Assembly (NCBI GenBank): GCA_005222975.1
Contig: NJBI01000004.1
Coordinates: 1-64,000 of the forward strand
Source of the DNA: Promethearchaeota archaeon Loki_b31
Lineage (GTDB): Archaea; Asgardarchaeota; Lokiarchaeia; Sigyniarchaeales; SOKP01
Direction of reading: 5' to 3'
Length of the DNA stretch: 64,000 nucleotides
Shown here: one piece after another, positions 62,032-64,000 of the stretch
Position numbering within the stretch: position 1 is the first letter of the stretch
How the letters are laid out: every line of letters begins with the position of its first letter
Translations under genes and position numbers: made by a program
The notes under the pieces: model-generated
The model's database searches: none
The model's input: only the letters and a program-made list of their open reading frames with translations
Told to the model about the DNA's origin: nothing

Positions 62032-62853
62032 ATGGTTATTTGTCCTCGAATTAATAGAGATTGTCCAAATAGGTGTAGCACTATTATGGATACAAATGCC
62101 TTAATCCATTATATGCAATATCTTTCTGAAACTAAATATAGCCGGGAGAATTATCCCTCAGAACAAGAATTTAGAAGAAGGCATTACCATGATATACTGA
62201 ATGATTTCAGGAATGTTTTTGCGGGTATAAAAGCAGATTGCTCTTTCGGAAGATTTTTTGCTTCAAATTTAGGTATTGACAAGGAGTACAAGGGAACATT
62301 TCTCGATAAGGTTAGGTTTTTAAACAATTTGTGTGCATCATATCAGCGAAATTTTTTGGATATTTTATTAAATGGAATAAACAGCCATAATGTTGACCGT
62401 GATGCTTTAAGAGACCTGAAAATTAAAGCGGATAATTTTACTAGGAATCCTAATAGACGATTGTCAGAAATTGATTATCGAGATTTATCTTTTTTACTGG
62501 GAGCACTAGAAGAAATCAACCTTCATCACAATTATAAATATTTAATTGTAACAGGTGATGACAGTTTTCGTAAATTTGTTGCTCATGTCAAAGCCCAACG
62601 ACAAATATCCTTAGCAGGTCAAGTTTACCTGACCAGAAATGTAAATGGGATTATGCTTTTAACACACTTAACGCACCTATATAAATGCTGTCATTATGAT
62701 GACCTAAGAGAATTTAGAAGATTTATGTTAAAGAAAGTGACTGAAGACAAACCAAAAAGAGTTAAGATTAGAAAAAGAATAAAATATGAAGATTGGATTT
62801 TTGATGTATTTGAACCTGCGATAGCTGAAAAAACTAGCTTAGGTGTATGTTAA
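62032..62853 (+). CDS. PIN-domain-like protein
   Basis: IMDTNAL, IDYRDLSFL and LIVTGDDSF acidic motifs typical of the PIN fold. Confidence 0.6.
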   Translation: MVICPRINRDCPNRCSTIMDTNALIHYMQYLSETKYSRENYPSEQEFRRRHYHDILNDFRNVFAGIKADCSFGRFFASNLGIDKEYKGTFLDKVRFLNNLCASYQRNFLDILLNGINSHNVDRDALRDLKIKADNFTRNPNRRLSEIDYRDLSFLLGALEEINLHHNYKYLIVTGDDSFRKFVAHVKAQRQISLAGQVYLTRNVNGIMLLTHLTHLYKCCHYDDLREFRRFMLKKVTEDKPKRVKIRKRIKYEDWIFDVFEPAIAEKTSLGVC

Positions 62854-62854
62854 A

Positions 62855-63604
62855 ATGAGTGAGGACCCAGATAAATATCCCGAAGACCTCATGAAAATTG
62901 AAAGTACTTTCTCAGATGATTATGACAGAATGAACTTATTTCTAGAATTTTTTGAGAGAATTAAAGAGCTATTATTCAGTCGACCAGAAATCAGCATAAG
63001 AGAAATCGATTTTTTAAAAAATAAACCTGAGACTACAGAAATTTTACCATTTACATATATTATTGAGATAAATCAAAAGGAATATCTGTTAATATTTAAT
63101 GATAATTCTGAGCCAACCATAAATGAGATGGAGCTTAAAGATTATCAGAGTTTATTTACTAATAGTAAAGGGCAAGATGGAATCATTATAATTTGGAACG
63201 ATGATTCTTTATCATCTTTTAAATTGTATAAAAATACAATTTATTCTGACCTTCAAGAGATTCTAAAATACTTTGAAGTCGGAACCTTCGCTAAATTATT
63301 AGATGACGAAATAAATTTTCGACACCGATTTATAGATCTGATAGAAAAGCAAATTAAAAAAATTTCGAAATCCCAAGCGCCAGATCCAGCAGAACAATTT
63401 AGTTCATATCTTACTGATACCTTTGAAAATTTTAAATCAAAGCGATTTCATAAAGATAAAAAAAAACAAATGCTTAAACTCAATCATTATGAAATAAATC
63501 CCTTTATTAGATTATTTTCAGATTTTATCTTAGAAAATATCGATATGGAAGAATTTGACAAGAATTTTAATGATATAATTAGTAGGGGAAATTCAAATGA
63601 TTAA
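62855..63604 (+). CDS. Hypothetical protein (possibly degenerate PD-(D/E)XK-like fold)
   Basis: Tightly coupled between the PIN-like and ATPase genes; fold guess only. Confidence 0.6.
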   Translation: MSEDPDKYPEDLMKIESTFSDDYDRMNLFLEFFERIKELLFSRPEISIREIDFLKNKPETTEILPFTYIIEINQKEYLLIFNDNSEPTINEMELKDYQSLFTNSKGQDGIIIIWNDDSLSSFKLYKNTIYSDLQEILKYFEVGTFAKLLDDEINFRHRFIDLIEKQIKKISKSQAPDPAEQFSSYLTDTFENFKSKRFHKDKKKQMLKLNHYEINPFIRLFSDFILENIDMEEFDKNFNDIISRGNSND

Positions 63605-64000
63605 AAAAATATCGATAAAAGAGTGGAAATGCCATAAAGAATTAAATTTGGAATTTAAAAAGGGAGTTAATTTCATTATTGGATTTAATGGTATTGGGAA
63701 AACATCTACTCTAGAGGCTATTATTTATGGTTTAATTGGAAGAGTTAGAAATAGAAAAGAAGAAGAATTAAGAAGGATAGGGAGTGCTGATGATACAGAG
63801 GTAATTTTAGAGTTTGAGCATTTAGAGGAGGAATATGAAATTACTCGGCGCTTTAATGGAAAACCGACACATAAATTAGTCAAGCAATACACGGAGGAAA
63901 TACTTGAGGACGAGGAGGAGATCTTAGAACTTATACTTAAACTTTTTAAAGCAAATCGGTCATTTTTAGAAAATATTTTATATTCTCCTGAAGGAGAATC
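63597..64000 (+). CDS. SMC/Rad50/SbcC-like ATPase (N-terminal part, runs off the window)
   Basis: MIKKISIKEWKCHKELNLEFKKGVNFIIGFNGIGKTSTLEAI (Walker A), Q-loop-like YSPEGE; overlaps the upstream stop. Confidence 0.88.
   Translation, partial: MIKKISIKEWKCHKELNLEFKKGVNFIIGFNGIGKTSTLEAIIYGLIGRVRNRKEEELRRIGSADDTEVILEFEHLEEEYEITRRFNGKPTHKLVKQYTEEILEDEEEILELILKLFKANRSFLENILYSPEGE

Overview
AT-rich archaeal window, most likely an Asgard archaeon of the Lokiarchaeia type. The basis is inference from gene content: roadblock-Rab-like GTPase fusions, a RING-TPR protein, a longin / beta-propeller / mu-homology cluster, large surface proteases with a C-terminal GGIP(G/D)Y-TM-basic anchor, an archaeal histone and an Lsm. 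The main discovery is two otherwise intact protein-coding genes, each interrupted at a conserved motif by a 30-nt in-frame insert containing stop codons: an archaeal histone (34301-34330) and an acetoacetyl-CoA synthetase (759-788). Both inserts fold with their exon flanks into bulge-helix-bulge (BHB) motifs, canonical in the histone and with one mismatch in the synthetase. Cutting after the 2nd nucleotide of each bulge, as the tRNA splicing endonuclease EndA does, restores the expected protein (GRKKLTVND; PSWMMWNW). A tRNA-Arg(CCU) with two BHB introns (37/38 and 58/59) lies in the same window. An intron-less copy of the histone 3' end lies 2.8 kb downstream, flanking a decayed island. Together these suggest tRNA-type splicing of mRNAs in an Asgard archaeon; this is not experimentally shown. 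The rest of the window is metabolic genes (CoA transferase, two ThiC-family genes, ThiDN, AOR, LeuB-family, Lpd, DpaL), four tandem GNATs, an array of domain-shuffled C25/C1 surface proteases, and the start of a defence-like island (RM fragment, ParB, PIN-like, SMC-like ATPase).
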